Shown: positions 23,199 to 34,601, numbered from the stretch's first letter. The stretch: 64,000 bases of DNA from Microvirga sp. (GCA_035944635.1 DASZAZ010000034.1:1864-65863); one strand, 5' to 3'. Numbers and translations: made by a program. The notes: generated by a model not told the origin, from the sequence alone.

Positions 23199-23570
23199 CT
23201 ACTCGGCAGGCTGCAAGGTCGCGGGCGTGATCGCCACCGACTCGCCGCAGCCGCAGGCGGAAGTCTGGTTCGGGTTGTTGAACACGAACTGGGACGAGAG
23301 CTTCGTGGTCTGGAAGTCCATCTGGGTGCCGAGCAGGAAGAGCACGGCCTTGGGGTCCACCAGCACGGTCACGCCCTTGTCCTCCACGACCTCGTCGAGG
23401 GGGGAGACGCTCTCGGCGTATTCCATGGTGTAGGACATGCCGGCGCAGCCGCCGTTCTTCACGCCGACCCGCACGCCCACGATGGGCTTGTCGGATTTGG
23501 CGATGATGCTCTTCACGCGGTCCGCCGCGGCGTCGGTCAAGGTCATGACCTTGAACTTGGGGAGTGCCAT
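23199..23570 (-). CDS. sufA: Fe-S cluster insertion protein (A-type carrier)
   Basis: GGCAGMSY and C-terminal CGCGES motifs. Confidence 0.85.
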   Translation of the reverse strand: MALPKFKVMTLTDAAADRVKSIIAKSDKPIVGVRVGVKNGGCAGMSYTMEYAESVSPLDEVVEDKGVTVLVDPKAVLFLLGTQMDFQTTKLSSQFVFNNPNQTSACGCGESVAITPATLQPAE

Positions 23571-23703
23571 GGGTCTCTCCTGACAGCCGGGTTCAAGGCC
23601 CGGGCCAATGAGGCTATGCCTCTATGTAATCACGCTTTGGGCTAACGTCGAGTTCCAAGCCGCGGCGAAGCTTAGACCACAGGGCGGAAACAGGGGGTTT
23701 ACG

Positions 23704-24069
23704 ATGCCGTCGGTCATCGAAAAGGTAGGGCAGATCGCCCTCACGGTCGCCGACGCCGACCGCTCGCAGGCTTTCTACGGCGACGTGCTGGGCCTGCCCC
23801 TGCTCTACCGCTTCGACACCCTCGTGTTCTTCGACCTCGGCAATCTGCGCCTGATGCTGGGCCAGGGCGAAGACGTGGAGCCCGGGAACGCCTGCATCTA
23901 CCTTCGCGTCGGCGACATCGACGCCGCCCACGCGGCTCTGGGGGCCAAGGGGCTCACCTTCCAGGACGGGCCCAAGCTCATCGCCCGCATGCCCGACCAC
24001 GAGCTCTGGATGGCGTTCTTCCAGGATCCGGACGGGCATCAGCTGGCATTGATGCACGAGAAGCGCTGA
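23704..24069 (+). CDS. VOC/glyoxalase family protein
   Basis: Single VOC domain (QIALTVADADRSQAFYGDVLGL). Opposite strand to the suf genes. Confidence 0.8.
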   Translation: MPSVIEKVGQIALTVADADRSQAFYGDVLGLPLLYRFDTLVFFDLGNLRLMLGQGEDVEPGNACIYLRVGDIDAAHAALGAKGLTFQDGPKLIARMPDHELWMAFFQDPDGHQLALMHEKR

Positions 24070-24085
24070 AGGGCCTTTTCGGCGC

Positions 24086-24478
24086 CTACCACATATCGAG
24101 GGCGACGCGGGCCTCGTCCGACATGCGGCTTTGATCCCACGGCGGGTCGAACACCATATTGACGTTGACGCTCTGCACGCCCTGCACCGAGGCCACGGCG
24201 TTCTCGACCCAGCCCGGCATCTCGCCCGCCACCGGGCAGCCCGGGGCCGTGAGCGTCATGTCGATGGAGACGTTGCGGTTGTCGTCGATCTCGACCCGGT
24301 AGATCAGTCCGAGCTCGTAGATGTCGGACGGAATCTCAGGGTCGTAGACGGTTTTCAGGGCCGCGACGATGTCGTCCGTCAGCCGCTCCAGCTCGTCCGG
24401 CGGGATCGTCGCGCTGGGAGCGACCTGGGGCTGGTTCGGGGCGGTGTCGGCCTGGGGGGCAGCGGTCACGGTTGTCAT
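24086..24478 (-). CDS. sufT: SUF system Fe-S assembly protein (DUF59)
   Basis: VYDPEIPSDIYELGLIY and TAPGCP motifs. Confidence 0.85.
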   Translation of the reverse strand: MTTVTAAPQADTAPNQPQVAPSATIPPDELERLTDDIVAALKTVYDPEIPSDIYELGLIYRVEIDDNRNVSIDMTLTAPGCPVAGEMPGWVENAVASVQGVQSVNVNMVFDPPWDQSRMSDEARVALDMW

Positions 24479-24480
24479 CC

Positions 24481-25719
24481 TTACCCGAAGAGGCTCTCGG
24501 CCTTCTGGAGCGCATCCGCCAGCTTATCGACTTCGGCCATGGTGTTGTAGAGGCCAAACGAAGCACGGCAGGTCGAGGTGGCGCCGAAGCGGTCGAGGAG
24601 CGGCATGGCGCAATGGGTGCCGGCGCGCACGGCGACGCCCTGGCGGTCGATCACGGTGGCGACGTCGTGGGCATGCGCCCCCTTCATCTCGAAGGCGATG
24701 ATCGCACCCTTGCCCTCGGCCTGACCGATGATGCGGATGCTGTTCATGCGCCTCAAACGCTCGTGGGCGTAAGCACTGAGCGCCGCCTCGTGGGCCTGGA
24801 TGTTCTCGCGGCCGAGCTTCATCATGTAGCGCAGAGCGGCGCCGAGGCCGATCGCCTCGATGATCGGCGGCGTGCCGGCCTCGAAGCGGTGCGGCGGCTC
24901 GTTGTAGGTGATGCCCTCGCACAGAACCTGCCGGATCATCTCGCCGCCGCCCTGATAGGGCGGCATCTTGGCCAAGAGCTCGCGCTTGCCGTAGAGCACG
25001 CCGATGCCGGTGGGGCCATACACCTTGTGGCCCGTGAAGATGTAGAAATCTGCGTCGAGATCCTGGACGTCCACGTTGAGGTGAACCGCGCCCTGGGCGC
25101 CATCCACCATCACGGGCACGCCGTGGGCGTGGGCGATGCGGATGATCTCCTTCATCGGCGTCACCGTGCCGAGCACGTTCGACATATGCGTGATCGCGAC
25201 GATCTTGGTGCGGGGCGTGATGAGCTTCTCGTACTCATCCAGAAGGAAGTTGCCCTCGTCGTCCACCGGCACCCATTTGATCACCGCGCCCTTGCGCTCG
25301 CGCAGGAAGTGCCAGGGCACGATGTTGGAATGGTGCTCCATGATCGAGAGGATGATCTCGTCACCCTCCTCGATGGCCATGCGCCCGAAGGAATCCGCCA
25401 CCAGGTTGTAGGCTTCGGTGGCCGATTTCGTGAAGATGATGTCGTCGACCGAGGGCGCGTTGATGAAGGCGCGCACGCTCTCGCGGGCTTCCTCGAAGCC
25501 GTCCGTCGCCGCATTCGCCATGTAGTGCAGGCCGCGATGGACGTTGGCGTAGCCCGTCTCCATGCAGCGCACCATGGCGTCGATGACGGCACGGGGTTTC
25601 TGGGCCGAGGCCGCGTTGTCGAGGTAGACGAGCGGCTTGCCGTAGACCTGTTGGGCGAGGATCGGGAACTCGGCCCGGATCGCCTCGACGTCGTAGGGAG
25701 CCGTGAAAGGTGCGTTCAT
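24481..25719 (-). CDS. sufS: Cysteine desulfurase SufS
   Basis: Group II desulfurase with HKVYGPTGIG PLP-lysine region and RAGTHCAMP active-site Cys. Confidence 0.95.
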   Translation of the reverse strand: MNAPFTAPYDVEAIRAEFPILAQQVYGKPLVYLDNAASAQKPRAVIDAMVRCMETGYANVHRGLHYMANAATDGFEEARESVRAFINAPSVDDIIFTKSATEAYNLVADSFGRMAIEEGDEIILSIMEHHSNIVPWHFLRERKGAVIKWVPVDDEGNFLLDEYEKLITPRTKIVAITHMSNVLGTVTPMKEIIRIAHAHGVPVMVDGAQGAVHLNVDVQDLDADFYIFTGHKVYGPTGIGVLYGKRELLAKMPPYQGGGEMIRQVLCEGITYNEPPHRFEAGTPPIIEAIGLGAALRYMMKLGRENIQAHEAALSAYAHERLRRMNSIRIIGQAEGKGAIIAFEMKGAHAHDVATVIDRQGVAVRAGTHCAMPLLDRFGATSTCRASFGLYNTMAEVDKLADALQKAESLFG

Positions 25720-25733
25720 GGTTGCCTCTTGAA

Positions 25734-25890
25734 CCCCTCTCCCCGCAGGCGGGGAGAGGTCGAGTCGCGCTTAGCGCGACCGGGTGAGGGGGACTGGACG
25801 GTAGAGCTCGATCCTGAGAGCCCCCTCACCCCCGCCTGCTTCGCAGGCTCGTTCGCTTCGCGAACCCTCTCCCCGCTTGCGGGGAGAGGA
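25734..25890. repeat. REP-like composite between sufD and sufS
   Basis: CTCTCCCCGCAGGCGGGGAGAG + GTCGCGCTTAGCGCGAC + GGGTGAGGGGG // CCCCCTCACCCCC ... CTCTCCCCGCTTGCGGGGAGAG. Confidence 0.75.
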
Positions 25891-25897
25891 GTAACCT

Positions 25898-27217
25898 TTA
25901 GCCCCGCGCCCTGAGCCAGCCCTCGACCGACGCGATGAGCGACTCTCGCGCGCCCTCATGGGCGACGCCTTCGATGGCTTCGCCGAGGAAAGCCTGGATC
26001 AGCAGGCTCTCGGCCTCGGCCTTCGGCACGCCGCGGGCCATGATGTAGAAGAGCAGGTCCTCGTCCAGCGCGCCGCTCGTGGCGCCGTGGGCGCATTGAA
26101 CGTCGTCGGCGAAGATCTCGAGCTCGGGCTTGTTGTTCATGGTGGCGCCGTCGCTCAGCAGCAGCGAGGCCGACATCATGCGCCCGTCCGTCTTCTGGGC
26201 CTGGGGCTCGACGATGATCTTGCCCTGGAACACGCCCGTGGCGTCGCCGTCGATCACGGTCTTGAACAGCTCGCGGCTGGTGCAGTGCAGGCCCGCATGG
26301 GTGGCGACGAGCGTGCTGTCCGCGTGCTGGCGGGCCTTGATCATGGTGGCGCCGTTGATGTTCGCGAGCGTGTGGTCGCCCGTGAACATCACATAGACCT
26401 GGTGCCGCGAGATCGCGCCGCCGATCACGGCGTTGAAGGAATCGAACGACACGTGCTGGCCGAGCCGCGCCGTGAGCGTCGAGAGCGCGAGCGCCCCGTC
26501 GCCCGTGCCGTTGAAGCGCACATGGTCGACCTTGGCGCGGTCCGCGACCACGAACTCCACCACATCGTTGAGCTGCGAGGCGACGCCGTTCGGACCCTCG
26601 TGGGTCTCGAAGATCGTGCAGGATGCGGCTTCCTCGACTACGACGAGCGTGCGGGTGGCGGTCGCGACCGCCCCCTCGCCTGCCGTGACGAAGCGCAGAT
26701 GGATCGGCCGATCGACCGAGGCATTGGCGGCGACGCGGATCAGCACGCCGTCCGTGAGGAAGGCGGTGTTGAGCCGGTAGACCGGGTTCTCCATGGCGAG
26801 CGGCACGGGGCTCAAGTGTCCGAGCAGCTGGTGCCCCGACACATGCGCCTCAGCGGTGGTGACCACCTCCACGCCGTCCGGCAGGCCGTCGAGGTCGGAG
26901 GCCTCCGGCACCACATGGCCGTTGACGATGGCGATGCGCACCGCGTCCAGCCCGGCGAAGGCTTCGGCCGAGGCGAGAGCGGCGTTCGCCTCCTCCACCG
27001 AGGGACGCTCCGCGAAGGGCGCGGCCTCGCGCATGGCGGCGCGCAGATCCGTGTACTTGAAGGCTTCAACGCGGCGGTGCGGCAGGCCGACTTCGATGAA
27101 GTCGCTGAACGCCTTCACGCGCCCGTCGCGGTCGCCGGGGAGCTTCTGCTTCGCGGCCTCGAAGGCCTGCGCGAGCGCGGTCTCGGCCGGCGTCCGCATC
27201 AATGTGACGGCTGCCAT
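25898..27217 (-). CDS. sufD: Fe-S cluster assembly protein SufD
   Basis: SufB/D beta-helix domain, and its position in the operon. Confidence 0.9.
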   Translation of the reverse strand: MAAVTLMRTPAETALAQAFEAAKQKLPGDRDGRVKAFSDFIEVGLPHRRVEAFKYTDLRAAMREAAPFAERPSVEEANAALASAEAFAGLDAVRIAIVNGHVVPEASDLDGLPDGVEVVTTAEAHVSGHQLLGHLSPVPLAMENPVYRLNTAFLTDGVLIRVAANASVDRPIHLRFVTAGEGAVATATRTLVVVEEAASCTIFETHEGPNGVASQLNDVVEFVVADRAKVDHVRFNGTGDGALALSTLTARLGQHVSFDSFNAVIGGAISRHQVYVMFTGDHTLANINGATMIKARQHADSTLVATHAGLHCTSRELFKTVIDGDATGVFQGKIIVEPQAQKTDGRMMSASLLLSDGATMNNKPELEIFADDVQCAHGATSGALDEDLLFYIMARGVPKAEAESLLIQAFLGEAIEGVAHEGARESLIASVEGWLRARG

Positions 27218-27221
27218 TGCG

Positions 27222-27977
27222 TTACTCCGCCGCCGCGTGCTGGCGGTAATCCGCGTAGCCGTTGGCTTCGAGCTCCAGCGCCAGCTCCTTGCCGCCCGAC
27301 TTCACGATGCGGCCGTTCGCCATCACGTGCACGGTGTCGGGCACGATGTGGCTGAGCAGGCGCTGATAGTGGGTGATGACGAGGAACGAACGATCCTGCG
27401 CGCGAAGCGCGTTCACGCCCTCGGACACGATGCGCAGCGCATCGATGTCGAGGCCGGAATCGGTCTCGTCGAGAACGCAGAAGGTGGGCTGCAGCAGCGC
27501 CATCTGGAGGATTTCCATGCGCTTCTTTTCGCCGCCCGAGAAGCCGACGTTCAGGGCACGCTTGAGCATGTCCTTTTCGATCTGGAGCTGGCCGGCCGCC
27601 GCGTTCACGCGCTTGATGAAATCCGGCGTCGTGAGCTCCGCCTCGCCGCGCGAACGGCGCTGCGCGTTGAGCGCCGACTTGAGGAACGTCATGGTGGCGA
27701 CGCCCGGTATTTCGAGCGGATACTGGAAGGCCAGGAAGATGCCGGCCGCCGCGCGCTGATCGGGCTCCATCTCCAGGATGTTCTCGCCGTCGAGCAGGAT
27801 CTCGCCGTCGAGCACCTCGTAATCCTCCTTGCCGGCGATGACATAGGAGAGCGTGGACTTGCCGGACCCGTTCGGGCCCATGATGGCCGCCACTTCGCCG
27901 TTGTTCACGGTGAGGTCGAGCCCGTTGAGGATGCGCTTGTCCTCGATCTGGACAACGAGGTTCTTGATTTCGAGCAT
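27222..27977 (-). CDS. sufC: Fe-S cluster assembly ATPase SufC
   Basis: GPNGSGKST Walker [10 protein letters not shown] signature. Confidence 0.95.
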   Translation of the reverse strand: MLEIKNLVVQIEDKRILNGLDLTVNNGEVAAIMGPNGSGKSTLSYVIAGKEDYEVLDGEILLDGENILEMEPDQRAAAGIFLAFQYPLEIPGVATMTFLKSALNAQRRSRGEAELTTPDFIKRVNAAAGQLQIEKDMLKRALNVGFSGGEKKRMEILQMALLQPTFCVLDETDSGLDIDALRIVSEGVNALRAQDRSFLVITHYQRLLSHIVPDTVHVMANGRIVKSGGKELALELEANGYADYRQHAAAE

Positions 27978-28100
27978 GGGTCTATTCCGTTCTGGCGTCG
28001 TCCTCGGGCGCGCGCTGCGCTGCCTGAGGCTCTAGTTCCGAATGGGCCTGGGCTCCCCGGCTCTAGAGCGCCAAAGCGCTCCGGCCGAGGATCGCGTTCG

Positions 28101-29573
<1,473 letters not shown>

Positions 29574-29642
29574 TGGGTCTCTCCTCACCGCTCACGGGTT
29601 CAAGGCCCGCGGGTTGATGGATGGGCGGTCAAGCGAAGCCGT

Positions 29643-30812
29643 TCAGGCCGCGTTCGCCCGCCGTTGATATAGGGATCGCAGCACGGATTCGCACGCTTTC
29701 GCGAAGCGAAAGACGTCCTCTTTCGTGCTGTTCCACCCCAAACTCACGCGAATGGCGCCCTCGGCGAGCGCCGGCTCGACGCCCATGGCCTGGAGGACAT
29801 GGGAGCGCTTCACCTTGCCGGACGAGCAGGCGGAGCCGCTGGAAACGGCGACGCCTGCCAGATCGAAGGCGATCAGGGCCGTCTCGGCCCGCAGGCCCGG
29901 CACCGCGAAAGCCACGGTGTTGGGCAGCCGCTCGACGCCCGCGCCGAAGATCACGGCATCGGGCGCGATACGGCCGAGCACGGCCTCCAGTTCATCCCGC
30001 AGGCCACGGATGCGGGCCGCGTCCTCGGTCATGGCCTCGCGGGCCGCCTCGGCTGCGGCGCCGAAGCCCGCGATGGCCGCCACGTTCTCGGTACCCGCGC
30101 GGGCGCCCCGCTCCTGGCCGCCGCCGCGGAGCAGCCGGTCCGCGATCTCGACCCCCTCGGAGGCGAGCACGATCGCGCCGACCCCTTTGGGCCCGCCGAG
30201 CTTGTGCGCGGAAAGCGTCAGCACGTCGGCGCCGAGCGCCGCCATGTTCACCGGCACCTTGCCGGCCACCTGGACCGCATCGCTATGGAGGAGCCCGCCG
30301 GCAGCGCGAACCACCCTCGCGGCCTCGGCCACAGGCTGCAGCACGCCGGTTTCGTTGTTGGCGGCCTGGATCGACACCAGCACCGGCCCCTCGGCCCGCC
30401 CCAGCCGCGCTTCGAGCCAGGCGAGATCGACGATGCCGTTGGCGTCCACGGGAATGCGCTCGACGGCGTCCGCCGGGAAGCGGTGCCCGTCGAGGACGCA
30501 GGGGTGCTCGGCCGCGCCGACCAGCAGAAGCCGTGCGCTCGCGCCGCCGGGCCGTCGCAGCGCGGGCGACAGCACCGTCGCGCTGGACTCGGTTCCGCCG
30601 CTCGTGAACACCACATTCTTCGCCGCGGCGCCGACAAGGGCCGCGACCTGCTCGCGGGCGGCCTCAATCGCGGCCCGGGCCGCGCGGCCCTCGGCGTGAA
30701 CCGAGGAGGCATTGCCGGGCAGCGACAAGGCGCGCAGGACCGCCTCCGCCGCCTGCGGCCGGAGGGCCGAGGTTGCGTTGTGGTCGAGGTAGCTGCGCGG
30801 GCTCGGCTCCAT
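29643..30812 (-). CDS. Cysteine desulfurase, NifS/IscS-like class V aminotransferase
   Basis: SAHKLGGPKGVG PLP-lysine and SSGSACSS active-site Cys loop. First gene of the suf cluster. Confidence 0.9.
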   Translation of the reverse strand: MEPSPRSYLDHNATSALRPQAAEAVLRALSLPGNASSVHAEGRAARAAIEAAREQVAALVGAAAKNVVFTSGGTESSATVLSPALRRPGGASARLLLVGAAEHPCVLDGHRFPADAVERIPVDANGIVDLAWLEARLGRAEGPVLVSIQAANNETGVLQPVAEAARVVRAAGGLLHSDAVQVAGKVPVNMAALGADVLTLSAHKLGGPKGVGAIVLASEGVEIADRLLRGGGQERGARAGTENVAAIAGFGAAAEAAREAMTEDAARIRGLRDELEAVLGRIAPDAVIFGAGVERLPNTVAFAVPGLRAETALIAFDLAGVAVSSGSACSSGKVKRSHVLQAMGVEPALAEGAIRVSLGWNSTKEDVFRFAKACESVLRSLYQRRANAA

Positions 30813-30991
30813 GCTGCCTTTGCCGTTTGGGGCTGCCCTGCCGGTCTCCCGGCAGCTGGCGCCCGTGACTAAAAACCTTGCAATCGACCGGGGTTGCCGT
30901 GCTAAAGCACCGCAACCACATCAGGATCGATCCACGCCTGATGGGCCGTCCAGGGGACCTGCCCCTTGCGGGCAGCCCGCGGGCGACCGTC

Positions 30992-31008
30992 TTTAGAATT
31001 ATTCTAAA
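30992..31008. promoter_or_regulatory. Iron control element (Irr box) TTTAGAA-N3-TTCTAAA
   Basis: Exact match to both half-sites, located between the divergent nifS-like/suf operon and the hydrolase gene. Confidence 0.6.
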
Positions 31009-31103
31009 GCGGATTTAGGGAAGGCCGGGGCCTTGAGTCAAGGCCGCGCTCCGGTTTGCGGCTGCGCCACGGCCTTATCCGCCACCCAAGAGGTCTGTTG
31101 TTC

Positions 31104-31760
31104 ATGCCTGAGGTCATCTTCACGGGTCCCGCCGGACGCATCGAGGGGCGCTATCAGCCCGCGAAGCAAAAAGGGGCTCCGATCGCGATCATCCTGCACC
31201 CCCACCCGCAATTCGGGGGCACGATGAACAACCAGATCGTCTACAACCTCTTCTATAACTTCGTGAACCGCGGCTTCTCGGCCCTGCGCTTCAACTTCCG
31301 CGGCGTCGGCCGCAGCCAGGGCTCGTTCGACCACGGCCAGGGCGAGTTGTCGGATGCCGCCGCGGCCCTCGACTGGGCCCAGTCCGTGAACCCGGATGCC
31401 CGCGCCTGCTGGATCGCCGGCGTGTCCTTCGGATCCTGGATCGGCATGCAGCTTCTCATGCGCCGCCCGGAGATCGAGGGCTTCATCTCCATCGCCGCCA
31501 TGGCGAACCGCTACGACTTCTCGTTCCTCGCCCCCTGCCCCTCCTCGGGCCTGTTCGTCCACGGCTCCGAGGATCGCGTGGCGCCCGTAAAGGATGTGGT
31601 GAGCGTGATCGAGAAGGTGAAAACCCAGAAGGGCGTGAAAATCGAGCATGCGGTGGTGGACGGCGCCAACCACTTCTTCGACGGCAAGGTCGACGAATTG
31701 ATGCTCAGCGTCGACGAGTACCTCACGAAGCGCCTCGGCAAGGCCGAACAGGCCGCCTGA
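31104..31760 (+). CDS. Alpha/beta hydrolase (~218 aa)
   Basis: GVSFGS nucleophile elbow, HPHPQFGGTMNN. Confidence 0.8.
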   Translation: MPEVIFTGPAGRIEGRYQPAKQKGAPIAIILHPHPQFGGTMNNQIVYNLFYNFVNRGFSALRFNFRGVGRSQGSFDHGQGELSDAAAALDWAQSVNPDARACWIAGVSFGSWIGMQLLMRRPEIEGFISIAAMANRYDFSFLAPCPSSGLFVHGSEDRVAPVKDVVSVIEKVKTQKGVKIEHAVVDGANHFFDGKVDELMLSVDEYLTKRLGKAEQAA

Positions 31761-31789
31761 CGCATCGGCTTCGATATCGAACCGCGACG

Positions 31790-31821
31790 AAGCCCGGGAT
31801 CCAGCCCGGGCTTTCTTGTTT
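31790..31821 (+). terminator. Rho-independent terminator
   Basis: AAGCCCGGG-ATCCAG-CCCGGGCTT followed by TCTTGTTT. Confidence 0.6.
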
Positions 31822-31971
31822 GAACCGCCCTTCCGCAAGGTCGCACCCGCCTGACTTTGCGGTCGAGCTTGCTATAAGCAGCCCCAATCCATTGTGCCGG
31901 ACCCGGCCGGCGACAGCCCTGGACGGCTCTCGCGCGTGGGACGGCGTCGTATCGCGCCCCGAGGAGCCCTC

Positions 31972-33144
31972 ATGATCCCGAACGCCACCCGGTCCTTCAA
32001 CTTCGATCTCGGTGAAACCGCCGAGGCCATCCGCGAAACCGTGCGCGACTTCGCGCAAAGCGAGATCGCGCCGCGGGCCGAGGAGATCGACCGCACCAAC
32101 CAGTTCCCCCGCGACCTGTGGGAGCCCATGGGGGCGCTCGGCCTCCACGGCATCACGGTCGAGGAGGAATATGGCGGCGCGGGGCTCGGCTACCTCGAGC
32201 ACGTGGTCGCCATGGAGGAGGTCTCGCGGGCCTCGGCGTCCGTGGGCCTCTCCTACGGCGCGCATTCGAACCTGTGCGTCAACCAGATCCGCCGCAACGG
32301 CAACGAGGCGCAGAAGCGCAAATACCTGCCGAAGCTCATCTCCGGCGAGCATGTGGGCGCGCTGGCCATGTCGGAGCCGGGCGCGGGCTCGGACGTGGTG
32401 TCCATGCGCACCCGCGCCGACAAAAAGGGCGACCGCTACGTGCTCAACGGCAACAAGATGTGGATCACCAACGGTCCCATCGCCGAGACGCTCGTGGTCT
32501 ACGCCAAGACCGATCCGGAAGCCGGCCCGCGCGGCATCACGGCGTTCCTGATCGAAAAGGGCATGAAGGGCTTCTCGACCCACCAGAAGCTCGACAAGCT
32601 CGGCATGCGCGGCTCCGACACCTGCGAACTCGTGTTCGAGGATTGCGAGGTCCCGGAGGAAAACGTGCTGGGCCAAGTCGGCAAGGGCGTGAACGTGCTC
32701 ATGTCCGGTCTCGATTACGAGCGCGCGGTGCTGGCCGCGGGACCGCTCGGCATCATGCAGGCCTGCCTCGACGTAGCGCTGCCTTACGTCCACGAGCGCA
32801 AGCAGTTCGGCCGGGCCATCGGCGAGTTCCAGCTCGTCCAGGGCAAGGTCGCCGATATGTATGTGGAAATGAACGCCGCCAAGGCCTACGTCTACGCCGT
32901 CGCCAAGGCCTGCGACCGGGGTGAGACCACGCGTGAGGACGCCGCCGGCGCCATCCTCTACGCCGCCGAGAAGGCCACGAAATGTGCGCTGGACGCGATC
33001 CAGCTGCTGGGCGGCAACGGCTACATCAACGATTACCCGACCGGCCGCCTGCTCCGCGACGCCAAGCTCTACGAGATCGGCGCCGGCACGAGCGAGATCC
33101 GCCGCATGCTGATCGGGCGCGAGCTGTTCGAGAAGACGGCCTAA
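31972..33144 (+). CDS. ivd: Isovaleryl-CoA dehydrogenase
   Basis: Acyl-CoA dehydrogenase with IVD-like sequence ([23 protein letters not shown]). GAGGAG RBS. Confidence 0.9.
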   Translation: MIPNATRSFNFDLGETAEAIRETVRDFAQSEIAPRAEEIDRTNQFPRDLWEPMGALGLHGITVEEEYGGAGLGYLEHVVAMEEVSRASASVGLSYGAHSNLCVNQIRRNGNEAQKRKYLPKLISGEHVGALAMSEPGAGSDVVSMRTRADKKGDRYVLNGNKMWITNGPIAETLVVYAKTDPEAGPRGITAFLIEKGMKGFSTHQKLDKLGMRGSDTCELVFEDCEVPEENVLGQVGKGVNVLMSGLDYERAVLAAGPLGIMQACLDVALPYVHERKQFGRAIGEFQLVQGKVADMYVEMNAAKAYVYAVAKACDRGETTREDAAGAILYAAEKATKCALDAIQLLGGNGYINDYPTGRLLRDAKLYEIGAGTSEIRRMLIGRELFEKTA

Positions 33145-33170
33145 AGCTCATCCCGTTTCGATGCCCTGCC

Positions 33171-33198
33171 CTCCGTGCTATACATGTATAGCACGGAG
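33171..33198. promoter_or_regulatory. 28-bp perfect palindrome, candidate TA operator/promoter
   Basis: CTCCGTGCTATACATGTATAGCACGGAG is its own reverse complement. The right arm supplies GGAGG 9 nt before the antitoxin ATG. Confidence 0.6.
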
Positions 33199-33207
33199 GT
33201 CCCACCC

Positions 33208-33426
33208 ATGCTTGCCTTGCGCCTTCCCCCTGAGATCGAGAAGCGCCTCGACGCTTTGGCTCGGCAAACCGGCCGCACCAAAAGCTTCTATGCCCGCGAG
33301 GCCATTATCAGACACATCGAGGATCTCGAGGATGCTCACCTCGCCGCCGATCGGCTGCGCGAGAACGGTCCGCGTGTGACGCTTGAAGACCTCGAAAGCG
33401 AACTCGGCTCCGACGACCGGTCGTGA
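33208..33426 (+). CDS. Ribbon-helix-helix antitoxin (RelB/ParD-like)
   Basis: [33 protein letters not shown] motif. Stop overlaps the toxin GTG (GTGA). Confidence 0.8.
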   Translation: MLALRLPPEIEKRLDALARQTGRTKSFYAREAIIRHIEDLEDAHLAADRLRENGPRVTLEDLESELGSDDRS

Positions 33427-33701
33427 GCGGTCAGCCGTTTTGGCGTGTCGAGTTCGACAGCGCCGCCGCCAAGGAGTTGCGCAAGCTCGACGCGAAGGCG
33501 CAGCGGCTCATCCTGCGCTACCTTCGCGAGAGGATCGCCACCGCCGAGGATCCAAGGCGTTTCGGCAAACCCCTCGTAGGCGACATGGCCGGCCTTTGGC
33601 GTTACCGCATTGGGGATTATCGGGTCGTGGCAACCTTCGAGGATGACGCCCTGATCGTCCTCGTTCTCCGCGTGGCGCATCGGCGTGAGGTGTACGACTG
33701 A
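33423..33701 (+). CDS. relE: RelE/ParE-superfamily toxin
   Basis: 92 aa, [33 protein letters not shown] typical of RelE/StbE. Confidence 0.85.
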   Translation: MSGQPFWRVEFDSAAAKELRKLDAKAQRLILRYLRERIATAEDPRRFGKPLVGDMAGLWRYRIGDYRVVATFEDDALIVLVLRVAHRREVYD

Positions 33702-33764
33702 GTGCACCCGCTTGGCTAAGGCACGGAGCGCCCTAGCTCGTTCCAACAACACAGGGCCGGATTC

Positions 33765-34601
33765 ATGAACCCCATCATCGTCGAAGCGAACGGCGCCCGC
33801 ATTCCGGCCATCGGGCTCGGGACCTGGCAGCTGAAAGACGAAACCTGCGTCGAAGCCGTCCGCGCGGGCCTCGCAGCCGGTTATCGCCATGTCGATACCG
33901 CGGCCATGTACGAGAACGAGGAGGCGGTGGGCGAAGGCCTGCGCGCCGCAGGGCTCGGCCGTGACGAGGTGTTCGTGACCACGAAGGTCTGGCACACCGA
34001 GATCGCGCCGGGGCGGTTGGAGCGCTCCGCGGAAGCCAGCCTCAAGCGCCTGCGGCTCGACCAGGTGGACTTGCTCCTCATCCATTGGCCGAGCCCCGAG
34101 GTCCCGGTCCGCGAAGCGGTCGAGGCGCTCGTGAACGCGAAACGCCGCGGGCTCGCGCGCCACATCGGCATCTCGAACTTCTCTGCGAAACTCGTCGAGG
34201 AGGCGGTCGCGGCGAGCGACGAGCCCCTCGTGACAAACCAGTGCGAGTACCACCCCTACCTCAACCAGGATCGGGTGCGCGCGGCCTGCGCGCGGCACGG
34301 GCTCTCCTTCACCTCCTACTGCCCCCTCGGCCGCGGCGATCTCGTCAACGACGCCACCGTGCAGGAGATCGGCCGCACCTACGGCAAGACCGCCGCGCAG
34401 GTGATGCTGCGCTGGCACGTGCAGCAGCCCGGCACCATCGCGATTCCGCGCTCGAGCAAGCCGCATCGCATCGCGGAGAACTTCGCGGTGTTCGATTTCG
34501 CGCTCAGCGACGAGGAGATGCGCCGCATCTCGGGCCTCGCCCGTCCCGACGGCCGCATGGTTGCGCCGGACTGGGCGCTGCCTTTGGACGAAGCCGCATA
34601 A
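33765..34601 (+). CDS. Aldo/keto reductase
   Basis: GYRHVDTAAMYENE and LLIHWP motifs. Confidence 0.9.
   Translation: MNPIIVEANGARIPAIGLGTWQLKDETCVEAVRAGLAAGYRHVDTAAMYENEEAVGEGLRAAGLGRDEVFVTTKVWHTEIAPGRLERSAEASLKRLRLDQVDLLLIHWPSPEVPVREAVEALVNAKRRGLARHIGISNFSAKLVEEAVAASDEPLVTNQCEYHPYLNQDRVRAACARHGLSFTSYCPLGRGDLVNDATVQEIGRTYGKTAAQVMLRWHVQQPGTIAIPRSSKPHRIAENFAVFDFALSDEEMRRISGLARPDGRMVAPDWALPLDEAA

Noticed and set aside
33175-33207. Upstream ATG (MLYMYSTEVPP...) as the antitoxin start.
   Set aside because: It lies inside the 28-bp palindrome and has no RBS. ATG 33208 has GGAGG at the correct spacing, and the RHH fold begins there.
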